IMG/VR virus record: IMGVR_UViG_3300006482_000007
Coordinates: 1 to 32,361 of that record
From: a virus
Lineage: Duplodnaviria > Caudoviricetes
DNA: 32,361 bases
Reading direction: 5' to 3' (one strand)
Shown piece by piece: positions 8,063-16,009 of this stretch (its first letter is position 1; each line of letters opens with the position of its first letter). The notes beneath the pieces were generated by a model. It did no database searches, was not told where the DNA came from, and worked only from the letters and a program-made list of their open reading frames with translations. The translations under genes were made by a program, and so were the position numbers.

Positions 8063-9326
8063 GTCTAAGCAGTATTGGCTAGATAGAATGTTAGAGAGGG
8101 ATAAAGCTGCTAAGTTATCAGAAGATAAGATTCTCGAAGAATTAAACAAATACTATACAGATTCATACATAGCAATAGAAAAGGAACTAAATAATTTCTA
8201 TGTGAAATATGCTACTGAAAATGGACTATCCTATAATCAAGCTAGAAAAATACTAACTCCTAAAGATATAAGAGAATACTCTTCTAAAATAGGAGAATTG
8301 AAAAAGCTATATGAAGAAACAAAAGATATTAATGTGTACCTTAAAATGCAAGAAATAGGCTCTAGGGCTAACGTAACAAGATTACAGAGTTTATTAGATT
8401 CTATTGACATAGAATTAATAAAAAGTGCTCATAATACTCAAATAAGCATAGAACAACATCTATCAAATATGTATAAAAGAAGCTATAAGCAATCTTTAGA
8501 AGATATAGGAACTAGTAATAAAGCAATTAATAGTAGAGCAGTAAAAGAAGCTTTAAGTTATCCTTGGAGTGGTAGGAATTTTAGTGAAAGAATATGGGGC
8601 AATAAAGCTTCTACTATGAATGTGTTGAAGGAAGCTATATCAAAAGGAATTATCCAAGGCCAAAGTATTCAAAAGATGGCTAAAAACATTATGGATAAAG
8701 AAAATGTTTCTAAATATAATGCAGAAAGATTAGTTAGGACAGAAACTAACTTTCATATGACCAAAGGACATATTGATGGATACAGAGAAAGCGGAGTAGT
8801 TAAAGCTGTAGAAATATGTGTACATTGGGATGAAAGAACATGTCCGGACTGCGAAAGTATGGATAGGGAAGTTATACCTTTGAATGAAGTGAGTTACGGA
8901 AGTAATGTTCCGCCATTTCATCCATTCTGTAGATGTACTGTTGTTCCTGTAGTTGATAATAATGAAAAAACTGGCTATAATTATAATGAGGATGGAACAA
9001 TAGTTGTGACACACGATTGTAAAGGGGAACATGTTAGTATTCCAAGAGAACTTGAACCTTACGCAGTCTTAGAAACTGATGCAAAGTATAGAGATGGTTA
9101 TTATCAAATTGACAGAACTTTATATGACGAAAATAAAAAAATGCATATTCAGATACATTCGGGGCATCATGACAGACCTGATAAGCATCCATATGGAGAA
9201 AGTGGAGAGCATAAGCACATTTACACTTGGCATAAAGATAATCCAAAGCCTGATAGAACATCAGAGGAATTAAATGATGAAGATAGAAATCAAAATAAAG
9301 ATATAATTAGAAAAGGAGGTAAGTAG
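8055..9326 (+). CDS. Minor capsid protein (MuF/SPP1 gp7) with C-terminal toxin-like extension
   Basis: WSGRNFSERIW, AERLVRTET and DERTCPDC...PPFHPFCRCT MuF core, plus ~110 extra His-rich residues (RTLYDENKK..QIHSGHH..HPYG..GEHKHIYTW). Confidence 0.85.
   Translation: MSKSKQYWLDRMLERDKAAKLSEDKILEELNKYYTDSYIAIEKELNNFYVKYATENGLSYNQARKILTPKDIREYSSKIGELKKLYEETKDINVYLKMQEIGSRANVTRLQSLLDSIDIELIKSAHNTQISIEQHLSNMYKRSYKQSLEDIGTSNKAINSRAVKEALSYPWSGRNFSERIWGNKASTMNVLKEAISKGIIQGQSIQKMAKNIMDKENVSKYNAERLVRTETNFHMTKGHIDGYRESGVVKAVEICVHWDERTCPDCESMDREVIPLNEVSYGSNVPPFHPFCRCTVVPVVDNNEKTGYNYNEDGTIVVTHDCKGEHVSIPRELEPYAVLETDAKYRDGYYQIDRTLYDENKKMHIQIHSGHHDRPDKHPYGESGEHKHIYTWHKDNPKPDRTSEELNDEDRNQNKDIIRKGGK
8953..8981 (+). 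promoter_or_regulatory. Internal sigmaA promoter at the MuF/toxin junction
   Basis: TTGATA (8953-8958), 17 nt, TATAAT (8976-8981). Confidence 0.55.
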
Positions 9327-9548
9327 ATGGATTTAAAACAATTGAAAGAAGACTTATACACTAATGACGTATCATTTCAATATAATGATAAGGACTATGT
9401 AATAAATCCGCTAGACAAATTTTATGCTGGAGAAGCAGGAAATAGCGAAGATGATAATGAGTTTGATACCTTTGAAGATATGGCTGAAAATTGGATTATA
9501 GAAGGTAAAAAACTAAAAGATATTGTAAAGTTTATAAAATTAATATAA
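9327..9548 (+). CDS. Candidate immunity protein for the MuF toxin
   Basis: Small acidic ORF abutting the MuF stop codon, strong RBS AAGGAGG, followed by a terminator. Confidence 0.6.
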   Translation: MDLKQLKEDLYTNDVSFQYNDKDYVINPLDKFYAGEAGNSEDDNEFDTFEDMAENWIIEGKKLKDIVKFIKLI

Positions 9549-9586
9549 AAGCACCTTACAAATGAAAAATAGTAGGTGCTTTTTTT
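9547..9586 (+). terminator. Intrinsic terminator
   Basis: AAAAGCACCT...AGGTGCTTTT followed by TTT. Confidence 0.7.
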
Positions 9587-9610
9587 ATGCTTAAATTAGG
9601 AGGAATGTAA

Positions 9611-9889
9611 ATGATTAAAAGATATAAAACTAAACCATGTGAGATAGAAGCAATCCAATGGGCAGGCTCTAATTTAAAAGAAGTTTTAGAGTTTGCCAAC
9701 AATAAAATAATATATAACGAAATTACAGCTAAAGGTAGTGGTGAGTTATTAGGCTATGAAATTAGCATAAAAACTCTAGAAGGTATTATGTTAGCCAGTA
9801 AAGGAGATTTTATAATAAAAGGACTTAGAGGCGAATTTTATCCATGTAAGCCAGATGTATTTAAGAAGAAATATGAGGTGATTAAATAA
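9611..9889 (+). CDS. Conserved small phage protein (TLEG...GEFYPCKPDVF family), possible nucleotide-signal sponge
   Basis: YKTKPCEIEAIQW...IKTLEGIMLASKGDFIIKGLRGEFYPCKPDVFKKKYE is a recognisable widespread phage family; function is inference. Confidence 0.7.
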   Translation: MIKRYKTKPCEIEAIQWAGSNLKEVLEFANNKIIYNEITAKGSGELLGYEISIKTLEGIMLASKGDFIIKGLRGEFYPCKPDVFKKKYEVIK

Positions 9890-10065
9890 TGGAACAAGAT
9901 AAAGTTAAGCTTACACTAACATTAAGCTTAACTGATACAGAAATATTCGATCAACTCAAAGATTTATATGTTGATATTCTAGGAGATGAAAGAATAGAAG
10001 AAAATATAAGAGAAGAGTATTACTCTAGATTAGAAATCATTATGAAAGAAAATATTAATATATAA
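9889..10065 (+). CDS. Hypothetical 58-aa protein (not in ORF track)
   Basis: RBS GAGGTG, TAATG overlap; MEQDKVKLTLTLSLTDTEIFDQLKDLYVDILGDERIEENIREEYYSRLEIIMKENINI. Confidence 0.65.
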   Translation: MEQDKVKLTLTLSLTDTEIFDQLKDLYVDILGDERIEENIREEYYSRLEIIMKENINI

Positions 10066-10069
10066 TCAA

Positions 10070-10092
10070 AAGTCCGAATAGGGCTTATTTTT
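10070..10092 (+). terminator. Weak intrinsic terminator upstream of scaffold leader
   Basis: AAGTCC-GAATA-GGGCTT followed by ATTTTT. Confidence 0.45.
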
Positions 10093-10171
10093 ATGTCCAA
10101 AACGTGATGATGACTATAAAAGCTTTACGGATTATATAGCTGACGAGCTTAAAGCGGAAAGGAAGATATTT

Positions 10172-10825
10172 ATGCTACAAAATATAGAAAACAAATTAAA
10201 TATGAACTTACAATTATTAGCTGGAGAAGGTGAAGAAAGTACTGAAGCTAATTCCGGACAAGGTGAAGGTGCTGTAGAACAAACTCAAAATAATAATGAA
10301 AGTTCAGAAGGTAATCAAGAAAACACTATAACTATGACTCAAGAGCAGTTAAATTCTATGTTTGACAAGAAATATGCTCAATGGAAAAAGAAATCAGAGA
10401 AAGAAATACAAGAAAAAGCTAAGGAAGTTGAAGAAGCTGAAAAGCTAAAAGCTATGAGTGAAGCCGAAAGGCAACAAGCAGAAATGAAAAAACAATTAGA
10501 TGAATTTAATAAGATGAAATCAGAAATGGCTAGAGAAAAGTTATTAAATCAAACATCTAAAGAGCTTTCAACTAGAAACTTGCCTATAGAGTTTTCAGAG
10601 TTTGTAATGGCTGGAGATAGCGAAACTACAATGGAAAGACTTAATACTTTCAATGAAAAGTTTACATCTGCAGTAAAAAAAGAAGTAGATAAACAAGTAA
10701 ACGAAAGACTTAAAGGAACTGGTAATTTTCAAGATACTCATTTAGATACGAAAACAAGTAATGTTGATACAAGTAAAATGAGTGATGATGAATTTTACCG
10801 CAATTATTTTGCAAATAAAAAATAG
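10172..10825 (+). CDS. Capsid scaffolding protein (DUF4355-like)
   Basis: Acidic, helical, directly upstream of the capsid gene; N-terminal LNMNLQLLA motif; EAEKLKAMS..ER pattern. Confidence 0.88.
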   Translation: MLQNIENKLNMNLQLLAGEGEESTEANSGQGEGAVEQTQNNNESSEGNQENTITMTQEQLNSMFDKKYAQWKKKSEKEIQEKAKEVEEAEKLKAMSEAERQQAEMKKQLDEFNKMKSEMAREKLLNQTSKELSTRNLPIEFSEFVMAGDSETTMERLNTFNEKFTSAVKKEVDKQVNERLKGTGNFQDTHLDTKTSNVDTSKMSDDEFYRNYFANKK

Positions 10826-10840
10826 AAGGAGTGATTTATA

Positions 10841-11953
10841 ATGCCAAATCAATTTATAGAAATAAAAGAAATAGCGAGACAAATATTACCTAGATTAATA
10901 GAAAACTTAGTATTCCCTAATTTAATATACAAAGATTACTCAAATGACTTTGTTAAAGGAAAAGGAGCTAAAATACAAGTAAAGAAACCAGTTGTGTTAG
11001 AAGCAAAAGAGTTTGATCAATCTTCAGGAACATCTCCACAAGATGTAGTTGAAGAATCTGTAGAAGTAACTTTAGATAAGCTTGCTACAGTTGATGTTGA
11101 CTTTACTTCAATACAAATGGTTACTAATGTTGATGATTTAAATAGATTATACTTAGAGCCTGCAGCAGTTGCTTTAGCAGAGAAAATAAACAATGACGGA
11201 TTATTTTTATATAAAGATATACCTTATGTTTGCGGTACAGCAGGTACTACTCCAGCTGATTTAAATAGCTTAGCTAATGCTAGAAAGGTATTAAATATAA
11301 ATAAAGTTCCTGTTAAAGGAAGAGTAGCAGTGTGGGATCCAGAAGCTGATGCTTCATTCTCAACTATACCAGCAATAGTAAATGCAGAGAAGAGTGGAAG
11401 TACTCAAGCATTAAGAGAAGGTTCTATAGGTAGAGTTATGGGTCTTGATAACTATATGGCACAAGGAATAAAAGCTCATGAAGCTGGTTCGTTAGCTGGG
11501 ACAACAGGAATAAAAGCTAAAGCTAAAACTAATAAAGGATTAGATGTGATCACTTTAACTAAAGCAAGTTTATCAGGCAATGTTAAAGAAGGAGATATAA
11601 TTTCTTTAGCTAAAAATTCTTATGTTGTAACAGAAAATGCTACAAATTCGGGAGATGATATAACAATAAAAATATATCCAGCATTAGTTGCAGATGTTTC
11701 TACTACTGATACGGTAGTTATACATGCTAAACATACTGCTAACTTAGCATTTAATCCTAATGCATTTGCATTTGTTACTAGACCACTAAATCCACCAAAA
11801 GGTGTTGAGAGTTATACAACTTCATATAATGGAATAACTCTTAGAGTTACAAGAGGATATGATATGAAATATAAGAAAGAAATGCTTTCTATGGACGTTT
11901 TATATGGATATAAAACTATGTACCCAGAATTAGCAGTAAGAGTTTTAGGATAA
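10841..11953 (+). CDS. Major capsid protein (P22 coat-like, HK97 fold)
   Basis: Size and position; GAKIQVKKP, LREGSIGRVMGLD, NLAFNPNAFAFVTRPL and SMDVLYGYK motifs. Confidence 0.88.
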   Translation: MPNQFIEIKEIARQILPRLIENLVFPNLIYKDYSNDFVKGKGAKIQVKKPVVLEAKEFDQSSGTSPQDVVEESVEVTLDKLATVDVDFTSIQMVTNVDDLNRLYLEPAAVALAEKINNDGLFLYKDIPYVCGTAGTTPADLNSLANARKVLNINKVPVKGRVAVWDPEADASFSTIPAIVNAEKSGSTQALREGSIGRVMGLDNYMAQGIKAHEAGSLAGTTGIKAKAKTNKGLDVITLTKASLSGNVKEGDIISLAKNSYVVTENATNSGDDITIKIYPALVADVSTTDTVVIHAKHTANLAFNPNAFAFVTRPLNPPKGVESYTTSYNGITLRVTRGYDMKYKKEMLSMDVLYGYKTMYPELAVRVLG

Positions 11954-11957
11954 AGAT

Positions 11958-12290
11958 ATGGACATATCTATTATTAAATTAAAATTAGGATTAACTGCAG
12001 ATGACAGTCAAGATGACAGCCAAGATGATTTATTAGCTATTTTATTAAGCGATGCAATAAACTATATGAAAGTTTATATTGAAACAGATACTATTCCGGA
12101 ACAATTAGAATTTATAGCAGAGGAAGTAGCTATAAAAAGATATAGGAAAATAGGGAGTGAAGGGATATCTACTGAAAAGATAGATGTCCTATCTACTTCT
12201 TATAAGTCAGATGATTTTTACGAATATAAACCACTTATGAAACTTTATAAGGATAAGAATATCAAGGTTAAAAAGTTGAGAACTTTGTAA
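11958..12290 (+). CDS. Head-tail connector protein (SPP1 gp15-like)
   Basis: IPEQLEFIAEEVAIKRYRKIGSEGISTEK motif; position after capsid. Confidence 0.85.
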   Translation: MDISIIKLKLGLTADDSQDDSQDDLLAILLSDAINYMKVYIETDTIPEQLEFIAEEVAIKRYRKIGSEGISTEKIDVLSTSYKSDDFYEYKPLMKLYKDKNIKVKKLRTL

Positions 12291-12595
12291 TGGACTATAG
12301 AGAAAATGCTGATATAATCATTGAAACACAAAACAACGATGGAGCAGGAGGATATGAAACTCAAAACAAATATTTGAAAACCATAAAATGTAAGGTTGCT
12401 CCATTCACTATTACTGATAAAGACAGTGTAGGTAGGCCTGTATCTTATTCAAGAAATAAACTTTTTACAAAAGAGAGTATAGTTAATGATCTAGATGATG
12501 ATTTCAAAATATTATACAATAGCAAACTATATAGCAAAGTATCAATAGCTGACTATGGAAAATGCTATATGATTGTTATGGAGCGTGATAGCTAA
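12290..12595 (+). CDS. Head closure / head-tail adaptor protein
   Basis: NDGAGGY motif; synteny. Confidence 0.65.
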   Translation: MDYRENADIIIETQNNDGAGGYETQNKYLKTIKCKVAPFTITDKDSVGRPVSYSRNKLFTKESIVNDLDDDFKILYNSKLYSKVSIADYGKCYMIVMERDS

Positions 12596-13029
12596 TGAAA
12601 ATAACTGTAGATAGTGATTTGCAAAAGTTACTTAAATCATTCAATAATGATAATAAAATAATGAATGAAGCTAGTAATTTGGTTAAAAAAACACTTTTAA
12701 ATATAGAAAAAGATGCTAAAAGAAATCTTGATACAAATGGAAATGTTGATACTGGAAGGTTAAAAGGCTCTATTACAACTAATATAATAGGACAGTTCAA
12801 TGGTGAGGTTTCTACGAATTTAGAGTATGCTGACAGTGTTGAGTCAGGAAGTAGACCTCATACAATTACGGGTAATCCATGGTTATACTGGGAAGGTGCA
12901 GAACATCCAGTAAAAGAAGTGCATCATCCGGGTACTAAGGCTAGCCCATATATGGAGCCTGCAGCTATTAAAAATGAAAAGAAATTTAATGATGATCTAA
13001 AGAAAATAACTGAAAAAATACTAAAATAG
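12595..13029 (+). CDS. HK97 gp10 family tail component
   Basis: VDTGRLKGSI, EYADSVESG and PGTKASPYMEPA motifs. Confidence 0.85.
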   Translation: MKITVDSDLQKLLKSFNNDNKIMNEASNLVKKTLLNIEKDAKRNLDTNGNVDTGRLKGSITTNIIGQFNGEVSTNLEYADSVESGSRPHTITGNPWLYWEGAEHPVKEVHHPGTKASPYMEPAAIKNEKKFNDDLKKITEKILK

Positions 13030-13040
13030 GAGTTGATGCA

Positions 13041-13448
13041 ATGATTGATTTAGTGGGATTGCAAGCTAAAATATATGAGTTGCTATCAACTCTTAATTAT
13101 CCTGTATATGATTCAGTGCCTAAAGATGCTAAATGTCCTTATATTGAAATTGGATATTGTGATGCTGATGATGACAGTTGTAAAACTAATAACGGATTAG
13201 ATGTATTACAGTATATAGATATATATTCAGATTATAAAGGGCAGAAAGAAGCAAAACAAATAGCACAAGAAGTTAATAATCTAATGCAGAATAAAACATT
13301 TAATATAGATAATGCAACTGTGTTTGTATATCTTAAGAAAATGAGAATAGCGAAAGAATATGATAACGTGATTAATTCAACTAATGTAAGCAATAAAGTG
13401 AATTATACTCACGTTATTTTAATTTACAGAATTTTAGTGAAGGAGTGA
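13041..13448 (+). CDS. Tail completion/terminator protein (DUF3168-like)
   Basis: LQAKIYELL..VYDSVP...PYIEIG...IDIYSDYKG.KEAK motif; synteny. Confidence 0.8.
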   Translation: MIDLVGLQAKIYELLSTLNYPVYDSVPKDAKCPYIEIGYCDADDDSCKTNNGLDVLQYIDIYSDYKGQKEAKQIAQEVNNLMQNKTFNIDNATVFVYLKKMRIAKEYDNVINSTNVSNKVNYTHVILIYRILVKE

Positions 13449-13457
13449 TATAAGCAT

Positions 13458-13898
13458 ATGATATTAAATATGGAAAATATGCAGTTACTTGCCGGTGATG
13501 GAACAGCTACAAGAGGACTTGATTTAATTGTAAAAATCGGAAGTACTGCTATTGGTGGACAAAAGAATGCGAAGATATCAATGAAAGGTAATGTAATAGA
13601 TACATCAACAAAGACAAGCGGAGATTGGGAAAGAAAAATATCTGGAGCAAAGTCTTGGAGTGGCAATTGTGACGGATTTGTTTATTTAGATGATGCTGGG
13701 TATGATTCTGCAGTAGATGCATTTATAGAATCAACAGAAGTAGATGTAGTGTTATCTAATGCTAGTAACACATTAGGGTTTAAAGGCAAGGCATTAATTA
13801 CAGGGTTAGACTTAGATGCTCCTTATGATGATGCAATGACTTATGATATCGAAATAACAGGTACTGGTAAGTTGTCAAAAGTTACGCCTACAGTTTAA
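13458..13898 (+). CDS. Major tail tube protein (TP901-1-like)
   Basis: IDTSTK..GDW...ISGAKSWS..CDG and APYDDAMTYDIEITGTG motifs. Confidence 0.88.
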   Translation: MILNMENMQLLAGDGTATRGLDLIVKIGSTAIGGQKNAKISMKGNVIDTSTKTSGDWERKISGAKSWSGNCDGFVYLDDAGYDSAVDAFIESTEVDVVLSNASNTLGFKGKALITGLDLDAPYDDAMTYDIEITGTGKLSKVTPTV

Positions 13899-13934
13899 TT
13901 AAATATAATATTAAAATTTGAAAGGAAAATAAAT

Positions 13935-14267
13935 ATGTTAAGAATAAATGAAAAAGATTATGAACTTGTATATGATATAAATGTTATGTGTAAAATGGCC
14001 GGAGCTGGACTTGATGTTATGGGAAATGGATTAGAAAATATAGTAGAGTCATTACCTAATCTTAGAAAAGCTTTTTGCTATGGATTAGTGCACAACAATA
14101 AAAAAATTACAGAAACTCAAGCAGGTGCTTTAATGACAAAGTATTTACAAGAAGGAAACCAAATAAGTGATTTAATGGAAGAAGTTATTAAAGAACTTAA
14201 ATTTGGACTTGGGATAACTGATGATGCTATAGAAGAAGGAACAGAAGTAACAGAAGAGGGAAAGTAA
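13935..14267 (+). CDS. Tail assembly chaperone (gpG analogue)
   Basis: Lies between tail tube and tape measure genes; ends in slippery G GGA AAG TAA. Confidence 0.85.
   Translation: MLRINEKDYELVYDINVMCKMAGAGLDVMGNGLENIVESLPNLRKAFCYGLVHNNKKITETQAGALMTKYLQEGNQISDLMEEVIKELKFGLGITDDAIEEGTEVTEEGK
14258..14264 (+). other. Programmed -1 frameshift site GGGAAAG
   Basis: Same heptamer as lambda G-T, in the correct phase; the -1 frame is open from 14264 to 14578. Confidence 0.85.
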
Positions 14268-14578
14268 TTAACCTCCTTCAGATAGTTGACAATTTGTTTA
14301 AAAAATTAGTCGGTGGTATGAAAATGTCACCGGCTTCTTTTTATGAATTGACTATTAGAGAAGCCACCTTAGTTTTAGATGGATATGAAGAAGAGAAAAA
14401 AGATAATTACAACCTTAATCTTCATGCGTTTTATAATGCCCTTGGCCTAATTCACGGAGGGAAAAAATTTAAAATGAAAGATCCTTTTAAAGCTATTGAA
14501 AATACACATAAAATCTCCATGGATGAAAAACAAGAAAGATTAGATTTTCTAAATGAGAAATTTGAGAAGTGGAGGTGA
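14264..14578 (+). CDS. Tail assembly chaperone frameshift extension (gpT analogue; ~214-aa fusion)
   Basis: In the -1 frame relative to 13935..14267, lacks its own RBS; MSPASFYELTIRE motif is typical of gpGT C-terminal parts. Confidence 0.8.
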   Translation, partial: VINLLQIVDNLFKKLVGGMKMSPASFYELTIREATLVLDGYEEEKKDNYNLNLHAFYNALGLIHGGKKFKMKDPFKAIENTHKISMDEKQERLDFLNEKFEKWR

Positions 14579-14584
14579 GAATAA

Positions 14585-15172
14585 ATGGCAACAACAGTTG
14601 TAAGCACTAAGTTAAACCTAGATATAGGCAACTTCAAAAGCAAAATGCAAGATGCTAAAAAATCTATTGAAGATTTGCAGAAAAGTTTCAAATCTGCAGG
14701 TGGCAAGAGTTGGGATCCTTTTAAATCTACTGATTTAGGTAAAAAGATAGATAACATCAAAACAAAAGCCGGTAATTTAGGTGAAACATTTAAAGCATTA
14801 CCTGGTCCTGCTAAAGCTGGTGCAGTTATAATTGCAGTTACAGCATCATTAAAAAAGCTATATGATTTAGGGAAACAAAGATTCTTTGAAGGTTTATTAG
14901 ATATAAAGGATACAATATCACCAGTCCTCAATGGCATTACAACAGCTATAAATACAGTTAAACAAGCATTTACAGAAATTACAGGCTTTAATTTTAATTT
15001 TACTTCGATAATTACAACGGGTGTAAATTTTGAAGCACAAATGAAAAAAGTTGCCACGATTGCAGGTTCTATCGGTACAGAATTAAATCAATTAATTTCA
15101 AAAGCTAGAGAATTAGGAGCAGCAACTACTTTTAGTGCTACAGAGGTTGGAGAAGCTATGCAATATATGGCT
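14585..15172 (+). CDS. Tape measure protein, exon 1 (196 codons)
   Basis: FEAQMKKVATI...ARELGAATTFSATEVGEAMQYMA is the start of the PhageMin_Tail domain; it breaks off at GCT 15170-15172 and resumes at 16199. Confidence 0.9.
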
Positions 15173-15239
15173 AAACATACATGGCCAGCTATAAAGAAAT
15201 TTATAGTAAAAAACAGTGGGTTAAAATTGGAAAGCTAAG

Positions 15240-15268
15240 TTTACAAAATTATAAGAATGTACTACTAT
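15240..15268 (+). promoter_or_regulatory. Intron-internal sigmaA promoter for the HNH gene
   Basis: TTTACA (15240-45), 17 nt, TACTAT (15263-68), ~35 nt upstream of ATG 15304. Confidence 0.55.
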
Positions 15269-15303
15269 ATTAATATACAATATATGGCAGGGTGGTGCGT
15301 GAA

Positions 15304-15993
15304 ATGAAAATGTGTTCGAAGTGTAAAATAATGAAAGATGAAAGCGAATTTCATAAACACTCTAGAACTCAAGATGGATTAAGAAGTGTATGTAAGGAAT
15401 GCAGAAAGATAGAAACAAAAGAGTATAGATTTAAATACAGAGAAGAAGTTTTAGAAAGAAAAAGAAAATGGTATGAAGATACAAAAAACAGAAAAGAAGA
15501 AAGATACAGTAATGCTCCTAAAAGTAAAATTTGTTCTGAATGTGGAGAAGAAAAAGAAATTTCTGAATTTAGAAAAAGAGCAAACGGCGGATATTATGGA
15601 AAATGTAGAATATGTGAAAATAAAATAAATCGACAATACGCCAAGGATAACCCGGAAATAATTAGGCAAAATAAAGTTATAACAGAGCAAAGAAGGAGAA
15701 AACAAGCTAAAAAAGTAAAAAGCACATTTACTAGAAAAGATTGGAAAGAATGTAAGGAATATTTTAATGGAATGTGCGCTTATTGCGGAAAGAAACTAAC
15801 AAGCTTAACTCAAGACCATTTTATACCACTTTCTAAAGGGGGTACATACACAAAAGAAAATATAATACCGGTTTGTAGAACCTGTAATTCATCAAAACAC
15901 AATTTTGATTTTTATGAATGGTATGTAAAGTATGAACACTATTCAAAAGAAAGAATTAAAAAAATAGAAAGTTATTTCGAAAGCCTAAAATAA
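15304..15993 (+). CDS. Intron-encoded HNH homing endonuclease with two N-terminal zinc-ribbon repeats
   Basis: CSKC..CKEC and CSEC..CRIC repeats; CAYCG...DHFIPLSKGG...NIIPVCRTCNSSK HNH core; RBS GGGTGGTG fits ATG 15304. Confidence 0.9.
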   Translation: MKMCSKCKIMKDESEFHKHSRTQDGLRSVCKECRKIETKEYRFKYREEVLERKRKWYEDTKNRKEERYSNAPKSKICSECGEEKEISEFRKRANGGYYGKCRICENKINRQYAKDNPEIIRQNKVITEQRRRKQAKKVKSTFTRKDWKECKEYFNGMCAYCGKKLTSLTQDHFIPLSKGGTYTKENIIPVCRTCNSSKHNFDFYEWYVKYEHYSKERIKKIESYFESLK

Positions 15994-16009
15994 TAGGCTT
16001 TTTTATTTT
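15981..16009 (+). terminator. Intron-internal terminator after the HNH gene
   Basis: AAGCCTA-AAATAA-TAGGCTT followed by TTTTATTTT, overlapping the HNH stop codon. Confidence 0.55.

Noticed and set aside
14585..15238. 217-aa ORF and 1075-aa ORF as two independent genes, or a tape measure pseudogene
   Set aside because: The last 21 codons are intron sequence, exon 2 has no RBS, and splicing restores a conserved continuous motif in frame.
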